A stretch of DNA of 64,000 bases from Eledone cirrhosa (lineage: Eukaryota): assembly GCA_964016885.1 (NCBI GenBank), contig OZ024758.1, forward strand, positions 27,714,001 through 27,778,000. Reading direction: 5' to 3'. Below the pieces are notes generated by a model. The model was not told the DNA's origin and searched no databases. It was given only the letters and a program-made list of their open reading frames with translations. Both the position numbers and the translations under genes were made by a program. Position 1 is the stretch's first letter, and every line of letters begins with the position of its first letter. Positions 62,496 through 64,000 of the stretch are shown here, in pieces.

Positions 62496-63284
62496 AGTTG
62501 GTGCCTACACTTGTGCACATGGCCACCTCGGTTACCTGTTGGTAAATCTCACCCAAGAAGGAAAACCAGCTGAAGGTGAGAGTCAGCTTGACAAGGTAGA
62601 TAAGGGTAGAGATGAAGGGTTGAGGAGAGGCCCTTATGAGGAATGACAATGAACAACAACCTGATGTCCTGTGAAAAGGAGGGGATGAGCCAGGTGGGAA
62701 AAGGAATACATATCTATACATACACATATATATATTATATATGTATATATGCCCACTGTAGAGTGGTCGTGTAGGAGTCACAACAAAAAGCACCCAAGAA
62801 GGGCATCCAGCTGTAAAAAATGTAGCCAGAAACGGTTCTCTATGAGTAAGATATGGTCACCTGACCCAACTTGCCTCTAATGGAACAACCCGTCTAACCC
62901 ATGCTAGCGTGGAAAAAGGACAATGATGATGATAATATGCCATGCACTCATCCCTCCCTCTGTACCTCCCATCCTACACATTCCTTGTTAACAAATGCCC
63001 TAGTGTTAATTAACAAATGCCCTAGTGTTAATGCCACACTGGAAAACACCTAGTGGCTCTGCACTGATGCCATAATACAATGCATTCAGTACCTGCTGTA
63101 AAGTGAATAGCATCAGGAAGGGCATCCAGCCATAGAAACCATGCCAAACTAGACCATATGAGCATGACATGGTCATCTAACCTGTTTAGTCTCAGAACAG
63201 GACAACCCATCCAACCCATGCCAGCATGGAAAATGAACATAAAACGAAGATATTGGTGTTTTAAAAAAAATTAGCTATAAATAT

Positions 63285-63480
63285 GAGGGTGTTTTAAAAA
63301 AAATTAGCTATAATTTGAGATGTAAGTATCCCAGAAACTACTACTATATATTGTAAATTAGTTTTGACAAATTTGGGAAAATAAATTTTGTTCAACATTA
63401 AGCCTCCTGTCTCGTCCTAGACTTTGTAGTTTCTGGGATATTTACATCTCAAGTGAAATCTAATTTTTAGAAACACCCTG
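63285..63480. mobile_element. Tc1/mariner-type MITE with long imperfect TIRs
   Basis: AGGGTGTTT..AAAAATTAG..TTGAGATGTAAGTATCCCAGAAACTAC is mirrored by GTAGTTTCTGGGATATTTACATCTCAA..CTAATTTTTAGAAACACCCTG-TA. Confidence 0.75.
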
Positions 63481-63534
63481 TACATATGAACATACATAAG
63501 ACATGGCCTGAGCCAATACAGATTAAAAGTTGCT

Positions 63535-63565
<31 letters not shown>

Positions 63566-64000
63566 GAAGGCGAGTGGTTAGAGAATTGGATTCACAATCT
63601 TGAGGTTGTGAGTTTGATTCCTGGACTGGGCGATGCGTTATGTCCTTGAGCAAGACACTTTATTTCACGTTGCCCCTTCTACCTGGAGTTGCGACCGATA
63701 GATAGTACTAGCAACTGGAAAGACCAACGGAAACATTGTTCCCTCGGTCCGAATTGACGAAAGTCGATTGATCCTTTTATATATCCAGGTAAATTTCTTT
63801 TGTTTAACCTGTTTAGCTTTCTTCGTTTTTTTTTTGCTCCGGTGCCTGATAGCTTCATGACCGCCGTTTTCAGTTTGTCTGGCCTCTATAACGTATGCTA
63901 ATTGCTCTGGTCTTCTTTTAGTCCATTGAACGCTTGCCGCATATCTCGAAAATTGCGTTTTACTTTCTTTTTTACCACAGTCGAAATACAATCTCACTGA

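Overview
This is an AT-rich, repeat-saturated eukaryotic (animal) window. Its SINE and RTE repeats resemble those I recognise from octopod cephalopods; the species call is an inference. I found no intact host gene, and almost all listed ORFs are by-products of repeats. Retroposons: a degenerate RTE-clade LINE (44057-46228) with a PHD-type Cys/His finger after the RT core; many 5'-truncated copies of its 3'UTR; and two abundant tRNA-derived SINE groups, called SINE-A ((ATT)n tail) and SINE-B. SINE-B has one head/core joined to at least three different 3' tails, one of them homologous to the RTE 3'UTR. DNA transposons: a non-autonomous Helitron with both termini intact (52515-54915), carrying a PIF1 helicase C-terminus and 21 x 57-bp repeats; a hAT/Charlie-like element with 23 x 31-bp repeats; an internally deleted DD37D (maT-type) Tc1/mariner; and about 14 TTAA-flanked piggyBac-like MITEs. 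The most notable signals are mechanistic: repeat arrays growing inside transposons, modular SINE tails, a 5'-inverted RTE insertion, a SINE that copied nearby DNA at its 5' junction, several 40-90 bp fold-back palindromes, and shared use of (TA)n tracts as insertion sites. There is weak evidence for a CpG-richer promoter near 55.6-56.6 kb and one possible minus-strand exon.
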